This document shows, in pieces, positions 1-13,844 of a stretch of 64,000 nucleotides of DNA. The stretch is taken from assembly GCA_010909165.1 (NCBI GenBank), contig MU008174.1:310001-374000 (forward strand). The letters run 5' to 3'. The notes beneath the pieces are model-generated. The model did not search any database and had not been told where the DNA came from. It worked only from the letters and a program-made list of their open reading frames with translations. A program made the position numbers and the translations under genes. The first letter of the stretch is position 1. Every line of letters starts with the position of its first letter. The DNA is from Anthoceros angustus (lineage: Eukaryota > Plantae > Anthocerotophyta).

Positions 1-3000
1 TCTGGAACATAGTAAGGCATGCTGCAAAACAGGGCTCCCCATCTCGCTGGCCTTCTGCTGTGACAACAACGTTCAATTTGGTGCCTCCTAAGACAGTAAG
101 TGCCTACTCTTTTGTGTCCTGAAAACGTCTCTAATCTTTCAGGTCAGTATTGTGTGGCATTTCTTAGCTGGTCTCGTGAGCATGTAGTTGTAAAGCTGAT
201 GTAACTGATCCATAGCTTTTTCCTTTTGCCGCTTCTTATGAACTCAGGGAAATGACTCAGTGGAGACCTACTGTGGAGGAGTGATAGTAGTGAGCAAGTA
301 CTTCTTCAGATCAAAATCAGACTGGCGGCCTCATGGAAATGGCAATGACGAAGAGTTTTTGGGTACAGATGTCGGGTTGCTGTTTGCAGTGGATCGTGAT
401 GGCCCTTGGACAAGTATGCGATCGATTCTCCCTCTTGGGACTATTCCCAAGCAAGTAAGAGAACAGCAATTGGCGGTTGAAGTAATTACAGCACATGGGC
501 ACAAGCAAGTCAATTTCCGAAGCCTTGTAACTGTTCTGAACAACACAGACACGTCCTTGGCAGTTGCAGTCTGCCCCCTGTCCCGTCTAAATAGTCCAGA
601 TGGACTTACCAATGCTTCAGTAAGTGAGTCAGACATATATACTGAGGAGATATTTGAAAATCAGCGATATCAGCCTCTCCTGGGAGGGTGGGGTAACAGA
701 TGGCCTGGACATTTCCTTCCCACTGATCCATATCATTGGAGCAACCGTGATTGCTCCAAGTCTAGTCAGGTGACCTGCTGTTCATATCCCTGTGAAGTTT
801 TTCTTTGTTTCGTCTGGGAGTACTCCTCTATGCTAACTTGGCCATGGATGTCCCAGGATTCCCCTAATATTCAACTGCCACCAGGGTGGACCTGGAATTC
901 AGACTGGCTCATAGACAAGTCTGGGCATGTTGACAGTGAAGGTTGGGCGTATGGAGAAAATTTTCAGAGCTTGCGATGGCCACCTGCATCCTCAAAGTGC
1001 AGTAAAAAGTCCACATTTGATTTTGTCCGTAGACGTCGGCTTTACAGGATTAGACAGAGGACTAGTCCTGTTTGTGGCCGACAAATTGTGGGAGTTGTGG
1101 AGCCTGGCTTATCAATACCAATACCCTGGGGCTGTATGGGTGCGAAGACAGACTTGTGTGTTCAAGTACGACCTCAATTGGATTGTAATTGGGGCCGAAC
1201 TGTGGGGAATGGGGGTTCCAATGCAGCATCCAGCGGCCCATCAAGCCAAGATTCTTGGTCTTCTGGAAGCTTGAAGTCACCTTCGAAACGCGGTGTTTCA
1301 GCTTCAGCATTTGCTCTTACCCAGTTAGCAAAAACTGAAGAGCTACTTTTTTGTCCTGGTCTTCAGAAGGGCCACAGCTGGTTGGCGATGGATGCAGATG
1401 CAATTGTCATCTATGATGACTTGAATATTCCACTGTATGACTGGAAATTGACAGTTAATGCTCCCCTGAAATTAGAAAATCGGTTACCGTGTACAGCTGA
1501 TTTTGTTGTCTGGGAGAAGCCTGCCAATGCACCTGCTATTCAACGGCAGCATGGTGTGGTGGGTTCAGGAGGTAGTGTATATGTGTACAGTGTAGATGTT
1601 CGAAGACCAATCTACCTGACTTGGCGCGCGCAAGGGGGCTGGAGACCTGAAAAGGTTTGTTCGATTTTCACTCAAGGGCATGTGGTTTCTTTGGCACAGG
1701 GTGGGTCCTGAAGTGGTGGCTTTTTGCGGTGCAGGATACGGTCTTGATCTCTGACCCGATGGCTGATGATCTTCCCTCTGGCTTCTGGATGGTGCACCAG
1801 AGAAGTGAGAGGTAAGCATTCATTCATTTCAAAGTGACAGAAATAGAGACCTGTTGGTGGATATCTGGATGGATGTTGCAACTTTTAAGGGTTCACTGCT
1901 GATAAGGCTAGCATCATCGCCACTAAAACAATGGTCTTCCAGGAAGCTACGCGTGAGTGTGGAACATGATTTTGGTGCAACAAAACTGGCAGCAAAGATA
2001 ATTCGAATATTTGTTCCATACTGGCTCCAAAATGATGCCTCCTTACCACTCTCTTATCGCTTAGTAGAAATTGAACCCAATGAGCGTCCTGGGGGTGATT
2101 CTTCCTGGCTTGCAAGGGCAGCAAAAGCTGCCAAGCAAGCTGGTCGTCGCCCGTCACATGCTGTTAGCAATAGTTCCTCAGAGCTGCGGAAAGTTGTTCG
2201 CAGTTTGGAGGCAGTGGAAGATTCATCTGCTGCACCTGTTATGCTATCATTGGAGGCACTATCTGACCAATATCGGAGCTTGGCGCCATCGTCTCAGGAC
2301 AACTTGCTTTCTCCTCGACTAGGACTTTGTATAGCAGTTATTGGGAGTGACGTGTGCAGTGATGCTATGTCATTCAAGAACTTTGAAGACAAGGTAGGGT
2401 ATTGTTATCTACTTGTGGGAATTGTGTTGCAAAAAGAAGCACTTTTGACGTACACCTGCTTATCTAGGTGTGTAAAGGCTGTTACCTTTTACATGCTGTA
2501 CTGACTGGAATGTTGGTGTTTGTCTTTGCTTTAGATGGAACGGGTTGAGCTTAAAGCAGTTGATAGCTCAGGCTCTTACTATAGGCTCTCCGCATTTCTT
2601 GACATGTCAGCTGAGAGGACTAAGGTGAGCCAGTCTTTCCTTTTTTTTTCCTGTAGCTTGAATGAATTTGCTTAGCTTTCAGTGCTGATTCATTGATAAA
2701 CTGTAAAGGTTGTGATACTTGTACTCTAAAAGATTTCAGTTTGGTCACAGGTGGTGCATGTACAGCCACATACATTGTTTGTAAATAGATTAGGTCGGAA
2801 CTTTCAAATCCGCCAGAGCAACCTACCACATGATGAGCTTCTGTATCCCAATGACCAAGCAAAGACTATCTTTTGGAAATCCATATGGGAACCTGAAGTA
2901 ATTAGTGTAAGTTCTTCCGAATTGAGTTTAAGCTCTAAATAGCTGAAGGCAGCATCGAAGTATCTTACTAGAGCTTCATGTTATTCAGGTTCGCATGGAG

Positions 3001-6000
3001 GGCCACAGGTGGAGTCATCCCTTCAGTGTGGACACAGAAGGCATTATGCATGTTAGATTGCAAAATGAGGTGGATGAGAGCTACGTTATTGTGCGTACTG
3101 AAGTCCGCAATGGGTTAAAGGATTCCCGATTCTTGGTCATTTTCCGTCATGCGTCACTCCAGGCACCATACAGGTAAGGGTCATGACACCTCTCGGTGAG
3201 GATGCATTGTCTCATGTATTGAATTCAAAACATGAGATCTATAGCAGCCAATCATCAGTGCTCTGACATCTCTCTTTGAACACAGGGTCGAAAATCGCTC
3301 TGCAGTTATATCTTTTCGGTTCCGGCAAGAAGGGTTTGGTGACGACTCCTGGCATCTCCTCTTGCCAGGTTCTGCTGCAGGGTTTGCCTGGTCAGATTTG
3401 AGAAGAAACAGGCTGTTGGAAATATTGGTGGAGGGTGAGAATCCTATCTCATCACGAAAATACAACATAGACAAATCTGGAGAGCATCAACCTATGTCAG
3501 TTGGTGGTAGCTCGTCAAAAGCTCTACATGTATCCGTGTTTCAAGAAGGGCCGTTCCAAGTTGTGGCCATTTCAGATTGGAAACCAAGCAACACTGAGAC
3601 GGCTATTGTGCCTGCTGTTTCTTCTGTGACTGGTCTGCGCATAAATGACACATTTGCTCAGCAAGGAGCTGGAGATGAAGACTCTGAAAATCAGTTCCGG
3701 ATGATCTTGGAACTGGCTGAATTTGGACTGTCAGTAGTTGATCATACTCCAGAGGAGCTGATCTACTTCTCTGTGCAAAACCTTATCTTTTCATATGCCA
3801 CAGGCCTTGGTTCCAGAACAAGCCGGTACGTAGTTGTACTTTTTTTATGTGATATGTGCTAATCCTATCAACGGTTTCCAAATATTGAATATGCTGGGCA
3901 ATTGTTCGACTAGCAGGTTCAAACTTCGTGTAGATGGGCTGCAAATTGACAATCAGCTGGCACTTACCCCGATGCCTGTCCTTTTCATTCCTCAAGATAA
4001 CATCAACAGGACTGACTTTCTCCTGAAATTCACGTTGACCATGCAAGATAACATGCAATGTGATCAATTCATTTATCCATACATTGGTGTACAGGTAACA
4101 GAAGGGCGACAGTTTAGAGCAGTTGAGAGTTGTCTTGAATCTATGTTTTGGCATGGCAATGTTTCCATCTTCTTCACTTATAAGGAAATTGCTTTTTGTC
4201 AGTGTGCATCAGGTGTGGCATTTCTCGTCAACATACATGAGCCAATTCTTTGGCGTTTGCATGAGATGTTTAGGAGGCTGAATCTAAGCAGCTTAAGCAA
4301 CAGCCAAACCACAGATGTTGCCATTGATCCCATAATTCGCATTGGGTAGGCCTGTGTCAGACATCATCTGCCCCTTGGATACAGTTTCATATCTGTTGTC
4401 ACTGCTTTAAAGTTTTTATGGTTCCCTGGGCTCACGCTCCTTATGCCTGTGTTCTTTCAGTCTTCTAAATACATCAGAGATCCGCTTCAAGGTCACGTTG
4501 GCGATGTCCCCAACGCAGCGACCTCGAGGAATGCTTGGTTTCTGGTCAACATTGGTTGCCTCGCTTGGCAATACAAATGAAATGCCGGTAGAGCACATTG
4601 TCATTTGTCCCGCAGGGGGTTTCCTGTTTTGTACGTTGGCTTGTCTTAGTGCCAATGAGCTAGTGCAATACACTTACAGGAAAGAAATGTTCACTATGGA
4701 GAACGCAGTTCTAATTGCATAGTGGCAGTGCAGATCCGCATCAGTCCTCATGTGCAAGAAGACGTTTGCATGCGCCAGAGTGCACTTACAGCCGCTGCTG
4801 TCACAAACATACGAAATGATGTCCTCAGCCAGCCTTTGATGCTACTTACTGGTGTTGATCTGCTGGGAAATGCAAGTAGTGCACTGGGCCACATGAGCAA
4901 GGGTGTAGCTGCTCTATCGATGGACAAGAAATTTATCCGAAGTCGTCAAAAGCAGGCATGCGCTCTCAAAGTTTTGCTTGGCCTGTTTCCTATCTAAGTT
5001 CGTTTCGCTTGCTCTGACAGGACTGCCTTGTTTTCATGTCCAGGAAAGTAAGGCTAATGTAGAAGATATAGGAGATGGCCTGCGCGAGGGAGGTGAGGCT
5101 CTTGCAAAAAGCTTGTTCAGAGGCGTAACTGGCATACTCACCAAGCCTTTAGAAGGTGCTCGATCATCCGGCGTGGAAGGATTCGTCCAAGGTGTAGGGA
5201 AAGGCCTTATTGGTGCTGCTGCTCAACCCATGAGTGGTGTGCTCGACTTTTTGTCGAAAACAACAGAAGGAGCCAATGCTACCAGAATCAAGCTTGCTGC
5301 AGCATTGACTCTACAGGAACAGCTTCTTCGCCAACGTCTTCCACGTGTGATAGGTGGTGATAACATACTTCGCCCTTATGATGACTACAAGGCCCGTGGC
5401 CAGGTAAGAATGATATGCCTGCATGCTGAGATTCTTGCTATGCAAACCCGTTAATCCACATACTTATTGTCTTGGATTTGGTGACCAGGTCCTGATGCAG
5501 TTAGCAGAGAGGGGTGCAGTCTTTGGTAACATTGACCTGTTTAAGGTTCGTGGAAAGTATGCAGTTTCCGATGCATATGAATTCCATTATAACCTTCCAA
5601 AAGGGAAGACCCTGATGATTACTCACCGGAGGGTTATCCTGCTGCAAGTAGGTTCCAACGTCTTGCTTGAATTAGACATCTCCTGTTTGTTTTCTCCTGG
5701 GCTGTGTGCACACCGTAGTGCTAATCTTTGTCATGCTGCTTGCAGCATCCAACGGCATTAATTGCCCAAAAAAGGCCAGATTTGATGAAAGAGCCTTGTG
5801 CAATTGTGTGGGATGTCACATGGAACGATTTGATGACCTTGGAGGTGACACACGGGGCAGATGAATCTCCTAATCTCCCTCCCTCAAGGCTTATTATACA
5901 TCTGCGAGACTGGTCACAGGACTCTAGACTATTTGATTCGAAAGAGATTGCTCGGGTGGTAAAGTGCCATCCTGGCACCAAACAGGCAACAGAGATTCAA

Positions 6001-7341
6001 TCTGCAATTCAGCATGCTTTCAACACGTATGGACCAGACCGTCTGTCTGTACAAGCTCAGGTTTGCCCTTGACTATGTTTCCTGATCATGGACAATTCAT
6101 TGGCCTTCGAGTTATTATGCGTGGAAAGAAGATGTCTGTTTTACTCAAGCGGTGGGTAGCCTGCTGTGGTGAACAGAACCTCCTAATTGGTGTACCTTGA
6201 TTTTTGGAGTTGCAGGGAGCGCGGCAAAAGCCAGCTAGGAAGCCATATGCTGGTGCTGGAGCTGGAGCAGCATCAGGAGCAGCTCTCGGGTTGCTCGCAG
6301 GACCAGCAGCACCCATTGCAGTTCCAGTAATGGCAACTTTTGGTGCACTTATAGGGACGGCAGGACAGGCAATGCTCGAGACAGAAGATGATACACCAAT
6401 TCGTCAAGACATCAAGCGCTCCAAGTTCAACGAGGTTGCACAATCTGCATTTAACGGATCTGGGCCCTTGATTGGGGGGGTGGCTCAACGAGGAAAGCTC
6501 ACTGCAAACTTTCAACGTATTTGGTGGGATAAGGTTAGCTCCCCGGTGCATGAGCCTGAAAACACGGAAGTGATGTTTAGATAAGTAATGATTTGCTGTT
6601 GTCAATCTTGGAAATATAGCGTCAGGATCTGCCAGCCTGAATTCACAGGGTGTGCTGGTTGCAGGGAGCTCCTTGGAGTAAGAAATATCATGTCTCAATC
6701 TGGAGACCGATTCCTCCGGCTGGGTAAGGATTTGCAGACGAGTGAATATTCGGCTGCATGTGAACCGATCTTTCTTGTGTTCAGTTCCTCACAGGTGTAT
6801 GCCTTGCGTACAGCTATGTTTCGGTGGGAGATGTTGTCCAGTGCTCTTACAACCCGCCAGATAAAGCTATGGTGTATCTGGACAGTGGGGGTGTTTTTCT
6901 CCCTCCAGAGGGATATGATCTGGTATGTTGCTCATGTCAGACAGAGTATTACATTTCTATCCTTGCAGTCAAGGGAAGGGTTTAAATCTTCTGTTTTTCC
7001 TCTAAACTTCCCCAACTGCTGGTCAGGTTTGGCGTGATACCGAGAGTGGAGCAAGGGATCCGGTGACTATTTGGAAACCACGGCCACCCCTTGGCTATGT
7101 ATCCATCGGCTGCGTAGTGGTCCCCGATTATTGCGAACCAGATCGATCTGCTGTACATTGTGTACGGCAGGACAGTGTGGAACATGTTGCCTTGGGACAA
7201 GAGCCACTGTGGAGAGATTACAAGGGGACTGCACTTTGGCACTGCAGCCTCTGGAAGGTGCAAAATGCTGCTCAGACATTTCTTGCTCGGCGGGATTACC
7301 AGTCCCCACCTCCAAGTGAGGCGTTCTGTGTCGTGATTTGA
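1..7341 (+). CDS. VPS13: VPS13-family lipid transfer protein (plant VPS13M/X type), multi-exon 3' part; 5' end lies outside the window
   Basis: Successive exons give a dysferlin/DysF motif (EEIFENQRYQP...GW...LPTD...DSEGWAYG...FVRRRR), SHR-BD/VAB repeats (APLKLENRLP, PYWLQN, PYRVENRS), APT1 (LQIDNQL..TPMPV), ATG2_C (GVTGILTKPLEGARSSGVEGFVQGVGKGLIG), a PH-like domain and C-terminal Vps62-like repeats (IWKPRPPLGYVSIGC). Stop at 7339-7341. Confidence 0.93.
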
Positions 7342-7589
7342 CAGTACACAAGAAGGAGAAGCTGGAGTGTATTGGAACACAGCTTCTGTTCATGTAAAAC
7401 ATATGCGTACCTCATGTTGTTACATTGCTGAGCCGCATTTTTTTGTGCCGCCAACTCATGAAATCTCGTGGGTTTTTTGAATCATAAAACTCTATTTGAG
7501 GCTTTGTACATATACAGCCATGTTCAAAATTTGAGAAATCAGACCTAGAAATATTATGGAAATATCCCTTAGAGAACTAGATGTAGGGG

Positions 7590-8060
7590 AACTGAGATGG
7601 AACAAGAGATCCACTGTCTCAATGGGGACATATAAATCCATCGGTAGATGGAACAAGAGATCCACTGTAAATCCATCGGTAGACCCTTTATATCGCTATC
7701 AATGTGTTCATGTTGCGTAGATTTGTCGCACGGAGGATAGAGATCTGTCGCACGGAGGATAGAGAGACCTGTCGCAGGGAGGATAGAGAGACCTGTCGCA
7801 CGGGGGATAGAGAGATTTGTGAAAGATTTGTCACATGGGGGATAGAGAGCTCTGTCGCACAGGGGATAGAGAGATTTGTGAAAGATTTGTCGCATGGGGG
7901 ATAGAGAGCTCTGTCGCACGGGGGATAGAGAGATTTGTCGCATGGGGGACATAGATCTGTTCTATGGGGGACAGAGAGATTAGTTGCATGGGGAACAAAG
8001 ATCTATCAGGGAACAAAGATTTATCGTCTTGTTGCAAGGGGGATAGCGATTTGTCGCACC
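7590..8060. repeat. Degenerate ~25-bp minisatellite (gatagagagatttgtcgcacgggg)
   Basis: About 10 or more variant copies are visible; the spurious ORFs here have repeated SLSPM/RQ peptides. Confidence 0.8.
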
Positions 8061-8309
8061 ACTTAGAGATGTCGTGCGACACATGGTCAGATGGATGATA
8101 AAGATCTATCATACCATTGTGTACACAATGTTGAGACGGTCCACATGTGGACATAGATCCATCATCCATTGTGTGGACATAGATTCATCATCCATTGTAT
8201 GATCAAAGATCCATCATCCATCGACCAACTCCATTGTGTCGACCACATTGTATGGACATAAATCTATCATCCGTCGACCAACTCCATTGTACTGACTAGT
8301 CGGTAATTT

Positions 8310-8502
8310 GTAGGATGTATCATCTATGTGCATGAATCCACCTATCCAAGATGTATCATCTACTTGCATGTATCCATCTATCCAAGGTATTGTAAGTAAA
8401 TTTATCTTGTAGGATGTATCGTCTATGTACATGAATCCACCTATCCAAGATGTATCATCTACTTGCATGTATCCAGCTATCCAAGGTATTGTAAGTAAAT
8501 TT
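8310..8502. repeat. ~100-bp tandem duplication
   Basis: tgtaggatgtatc...ccaaggtattgtaagtaaattt occurs twice. Confidence 0.8.
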
Positions 8503-9284
8503 GTCCCTCAATAGGCATATGTAGTTTGGGGGGTCGTTGACGGGATTAAGTATATGGTAGAATGCATTATCTTGTTGCTTAGATCCACACATCCATGTGC
8601 TAATGGGGTATCGTAGTTTTATCTATGTTTAGAGTGGATTTTTAAGACACGTATTGTAACAGTTCATAATCTTAACTGTTTGTAAGAAATATTATTAACC
8701 TAACCAGCTAACAAAAGGTTGTTCTCCCAGTAGGTTGCTTATAAGTATTTACTTGAACTCTTTTGAGTTTTCAGGTTTGGGTGTACAATTTTTTATAACT
8801 TCCACATTTCATTCAAAGGTTTTGTATCCTTCTCTTATTGTGGACTTCCTTAATCTCCAAGCCAAGTTGCACATCTTTCTAATAGGTTCTTTATCTCTAT
8901 TTCTTCAATTTTTCAGATCTCAAAACCTAGTTTGGGTTTCTCTCAAATAGGTTCCACAACTATCTGGTATGTTATGTCATTCTCCATGGTTGAGGACTTC
9001 ATATTTTGAGCCTAATAACATTGTTTCAAGTTTTCATAGCTCGGGAGCGTTGTTTCGAACCTCTCTCTTATGGATTCTGCATCTCTCTTCTGGTGGCCGC
9101 TACTATCTTGTTTTTTTTTTACATAATTAGCTTATCAATTATCACTATATAAAATTATTTTTTTGAACAAACCTAAGGATGTTATACTTTTATGGAATAA
9201 TTATTCATATCCACCAATATCCCACTTGGGGAGAAAAGAATCATTTTGAGTTTGCTCTAAGCATGATATACTTTTATGAAATAA

Positions 9285-11205
9285 TTATTCATAGCCATCA
9301 ATATCCTGCTCGGGGAGAAAGGAATCATCTTGAGTTTGCAATGTGTATTTATACATAACCCTATCTGTTTCAAGCTCATTCACAAGATCTAACAAAGAAA
9401 TGTCATAAAAATTCCAATGGCCCATAGTTTTGGAAGCTACATATTTTCTTTTTGAATAATCTATAATATTATCAAAACATTCTTGTGTAAAATAATTGTG
9501 ATGAGTAATATCATTATCACATGATGTCTCCTCTATTTTTGTTGGTGTCCACTTGAACATACCTCGTTCACCCTTTAATGGCCATTTAGGGCATTTGGAA
9601 AACTTTTCCTTGATCTTGTTCATTCTCTTACACCTTTTTGCTGGTGCTAAAAATCCCTTTTCTGAAATACATACCTTATAGCCAGCTCCATTCACTTCAA
9701 CAAATGTAGCTTGGTTTGGCCATGTCAATATCCTTGAAGTCTTTTGAGTATCACACACAAAACTGGAATTCCAGGGTGGTCTTTCATTTTGCATATGACT
9801 ACTATTATTCATAGTAGAATAGTAATGAGTATTTGAGCTTATATCTTTATCACAAGAGCTATAAGAACATGTTGGCTCTTTGTTTGTGAAATTGAAAACC
9901 GATTCATCTTTGGAGCCATGAGGAGTTGATATCTCACCAGTTTTGGTAATTGGCATAATGACATGGAAATTAGGCAAAGGGCGAGGATCTTCTCTGGCAC
10001 GTTTCAAGTCCAAAGAATCATCCTCCATAGGTTGGCTCAAAGTTTTAATTTTGTATTGGAATGTATCTTTGTGATCAGTCTTTGCCCCATCAATTGATTG
10101 TTCATTCCCACTTTCACTAGAACGATTCTGTACCGCTTCATTGTCAATTATGTCTACATTATGACTTGGTAGTTGCTTTGAAGAATTACAACTTGCATTC
10201 TTGACCTTAGTTGAGGATGTCGTCTTTGAATCGCTTTTGTTTGAGCATTTAGCTTGTTTGTGATCATCTTCATGCTCTCGATCTTCTTGTATAGGAGATA
10301 GGGGTGAAACACTATAACCCATTGGAAAAGTACATACCTACAAAATATGCATATGTATTAAATTTTTTGTAAAATAACAATTCATGTTTTTCATTATTTA
10401 AAACAAAAAAAGCATCAAGTGAAAGAGATTAATGTTCAAACCATAGGAAAAGACGATTTTGGTTGCATATGAATTTGAGCTTGTAGATGAGCCACTTTCA
10501 AACGAAGATGTATATATTAATCTTGTCAAAGAAAAAATTTATTAACTGAAAAATAAAACACAACATTAATTGTCAAATGCATTCATTTAAGCCAATGTTA
10601 AACAAAAAACAAAATGAAGTTCAAGAAAATGATTGACACATTATACATGCCTTCATAAGTTCATTCATTCTTTACATAAAAGGATATGAGCAACTTCATC
10701 AACTATTTCTTGGTTTTGACTTCTCAATTTCGCAACTAGAGAGACATGAGCTGCTAATTCATCTTCTTTAGTACTTTTAAGATGATCAATTTCCTTATAT
10801 GCAGCCATTACCTGCAATCACTACATACATATTAACAATATTGTATGGCCCACAAACATTGGCAATATATACGTTGCGGAAAGTAAAGAGTATCATGTTA
10901 GTGAAAGGCCAAATTGACTATGTGAAGAAACATAAATGATTTTAAGGTTACGTTATATGCCATACCGTATGGATAAGAGCTGAAACTTTATGCTTGTCAT
11001 CATCGCACAGGTCAGCTAGTGATGCTCCACTTTTTGTAGTTGAAAGCTCTGCATCATTTTCTAACTCGTATGTGTTCTCTAACTCCATATTCTCAACGTC
11101 TTGGCAAAGATCCAACAAAGAAGACTTCACCTTTTTTTGTGATGAATGTTTATCCCGATTGAGTAAGCTAGATGGCCTTCGCAGTTTACATCTATTTGAG
11201 GCCAT
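9285..11205 (-). CDS. AT-rich multi-exon gene, putative hinderin (KIAA1328)-like coiled-coil protein
   Basis: The exon 11205-~10966 ends ASLADLCDDDKHKVSALIHT. It splices (gt...cag at ~10812) to VMAAYKEIDHLKSTKEDELAAHVSLVAKLRSQNQEIVDE, resembling hinderin [20 protein letters not shown]...IRQLEEQNE. The long last exon is 9285-~10335. Confidence 0.5.
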
Positions 11206-11752
11206 ATAAATCAATTATTGAACTTATGCAACTAATCTTCCTAAATTAAGTGATGAGCTTCCTCTCACTCCAAAGACTAATATAGTCTTATTCAATATTT
11301 AAAGTCTTATGTGCAGGCCGAATACACCAAGAGCACTCCAATGCAGGTAGTTCTTAATGTTGCATTGATTTTGAGATGATGAGCTAAGAAATGCCTTAGT
11401 ACAAGAAAACCGAACTGGGCTTTCTCTTTTCAATAATCAATTAACTACTAAGCTCTAAAATTTTTGATCATTAACAAATCCAAAACTGCCCCTTAAAGCT
11501 TAGGGGTTCAGAAGGCTTCCAGAAGCCGAACAGGCTTGTGAGTCGAGTGAAGAGGCAGCCCAAAGAACATTATGTAGGCGATGGAGAACTTTAGTGTTAT
11601 ATTCCTTCATCGAAACCTCTTAGGGGGGGGGGAAATCATGCCGGAACACAGCACCATGAGAGTACGTAGTTGGCAATCCATCTTACGCATTGTTAGACAG
11701 CAGCTTGGCCTTCCGATCACGATCACCCAACAGGAAAGGTAATTCCTCGGTA

Positions 11753-13654
11753 CTACGGGCCCCGAGCCTTGAACAAACATAGGCAACCTTTAGGCTGAGC
11801 GTCCTGAGGGAGCATTCCGCCCCCCTTGGCAGTATCGATTGACTCTAAATATTGGACCACGTCGCTCATGGCTGGCCTCTTTTCAGGATTTGCATCCCAG
11901 CACTTTCTCATGACGTTTGCTAAAGCACTTGGACAGCATTTCGGAACCTCAGGTCGCCGGTTCTGTGGAAGCAGGACTCCAACTTAGTATACAAAAGTGT
12001 CCTAAATCATGGGGCAAAAAACATTGGGGCGAGAAACAACCCACGGACACTCTCAGCACCGACAGCATCCGGATGTACCTGTTGTACCACGGCCGTTGCC
12101 AGGTCTGCAAAGTTCAGGTCAGGATAAGGCATGTCGCAGCAGTAAACTTCCCAGAGGCAGATACCAAAGCTGTAGACATCGCACTTCCTGTCATATGGCT
12201 TGCCATCAAGCACCTGCACACCACAGTCTTACCACTGAAACCAAACCCAGTATCTACAGAGCCTACAGCGTTTCATGAGCATCTGAGAAATATAGTACGC
12301 ACAAAAGCATCACCGAGTAGACCTTTGCATACCTCCGGAGCCATATACCCAGCAGTCCCAGTTTCACCAGTCATGTCCTTCAGATTCTGAGCTTCGACTC
12401 GGGCAACACCAAAATCAGCAATCTTGAGAGTTCTTGCCGAGTCCAGTAACATGTTTTCTGTCTTAACATCTCTGTGGACAATCTTCTTGGAGTGGAGATA
12501 CGCAAGGCTGAACAATAACAAGAGGACCACAGGCCTTAAGCACTACAGAGGATGCAGATGTAAGCATTATACAAAACTCCAGCATGCAAGTCTCACCCTC
12601 TCGCAAGATCAAGAGCCAGCTGGATGACTATCTTAAATGCCAGCTTCCTGTGTCGATTTCGAATAAGATAATCCTTGAGAGTCCCCCCAGCAAGGTACTC
12701 AGCAACAACACAGCAGATATTTGATGCCAAATGAATAAATCCATCATGTCCTGGAGCAAACGAGGGGATTTGCAGGTCGGTAGTGCCCATTGAAGCACCT
12801 ACAAACTGCGACTTTTTCAAGGACAGTGAAGCCTGTAAGTGACATAATCTCTCCAAGACTAGCAGTCAAGTCTCTCTTCCAAAACTCTCCTCCAATGTTT
12901 ATCTTGGACTGCACTTTTCATGAAAAAACCAGAACTCGCCAATTTTACTCAACATGCAGAGATGTGTATGGTTTACGTATAAGCAGGACGCTCAACATAA
13001 TTCAGATACACCCCTGCATGTTGCACAGGGTCCACAAGAACACTCTGAAACATCCATGGTAGTGGGAGAGAAAGTAAAGAATAACCTTAGTGACATTCGG
13101 ATGGTCCAGCTTGTACCAAATCTTAACTTCTTGTCTGAAAGCGTTCCTCAATGCAGTAATTTCAGCTCGAGTCATGGTATCCTCTTCCCCCCAATCCAGC
13201 AACTTCACTGGCCAAAACAGGTGCGTAAAAGAAGGTGAAATTCAGCAGAACATGGATGTAGCAACGGATTCATCTGGTTACTGTTACTTGCGGAACTCCT
13301 GGAAGCTGAATTATGGAGCAAGCAATAACCTGCAACGTCCTTGCCATCATACACTCCTCGATGAACGGTGCCATAGGTCCCCTGAGCTATCGCATTCTTG
13401 AGCACCAGCTTGGTGGGGTCTATTTCCCATTCTTCCACCGTCCTGGGAGGTGTGCTCCGAAGGCTCCGAATTAAGTGCTTCTCTAAGGCTGCATCCAGGT
13501 TGGCTAGGTCCAGGAGGTCCGCGCGCACAAAGCTGGATGTCTTCTTGGAGACGGGCGTTCCCAATGGCCGCCCCCCAACCGTGCTCCCATCATCCGCCTG
13601 CCCTTCAGCTTCCTTCACTGGCCCTTTCTCTTCAACATCTGGCCCTTTCTCCAT
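11753..13654 (-). CDS. Raf-like MAPKKK group C protein kinase (CBC1/CBC2/MRK1/ATN1 type)
   Basis: N-terminal FVRADLLDLANLDAALEKHL, then EWEIDP, HRDVKTENMLL, DFG, GETGTAGYMAPE and a C-terminal GCLCLFKARGP* ending at 11753. Confidence 0.92.
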
Positions 13655-13729
13655 GCGTGCTACAGCAGCGAAGTCGAAGGCAGATCAGACGACATGAATG
13701 TCGTCGGAGCTTTCTATAGTGAAACAGCA

Positions 13730-13758
13730 GAGCGAGCTGAGCTGAGCTGAGCTGAGCT
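13730..13758. repeat. (GAGCT)n microsatellite in the kinase 5' leader
   Basis: About 5 copies of gagct. Confidence 0.85.
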
Positions 13759-13804
13759 TCTTCACTCTAGGGCACCCACGGGCCCGGGTCGCGCCTCAGG
13801 TCCC

Positions 13805-13844
13805 ATTGCGGAGCCCGCGAGGCTGTCCTCGCGGGCTCCGCAAT
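13805..13844. other. Perfect GC-rich hairpin, 18-bp stem with 4-nt loop
   Basis: attgcggagcccgcgagg-ctgt-cctcgcgggctccgcaat. Confidence 0.9.

Noticed and set aside
11680-11770. Apparent C-terminal extension of the kinase
   Set aside because: Careful reading gives the canonical ...RGP* ending at 11753.
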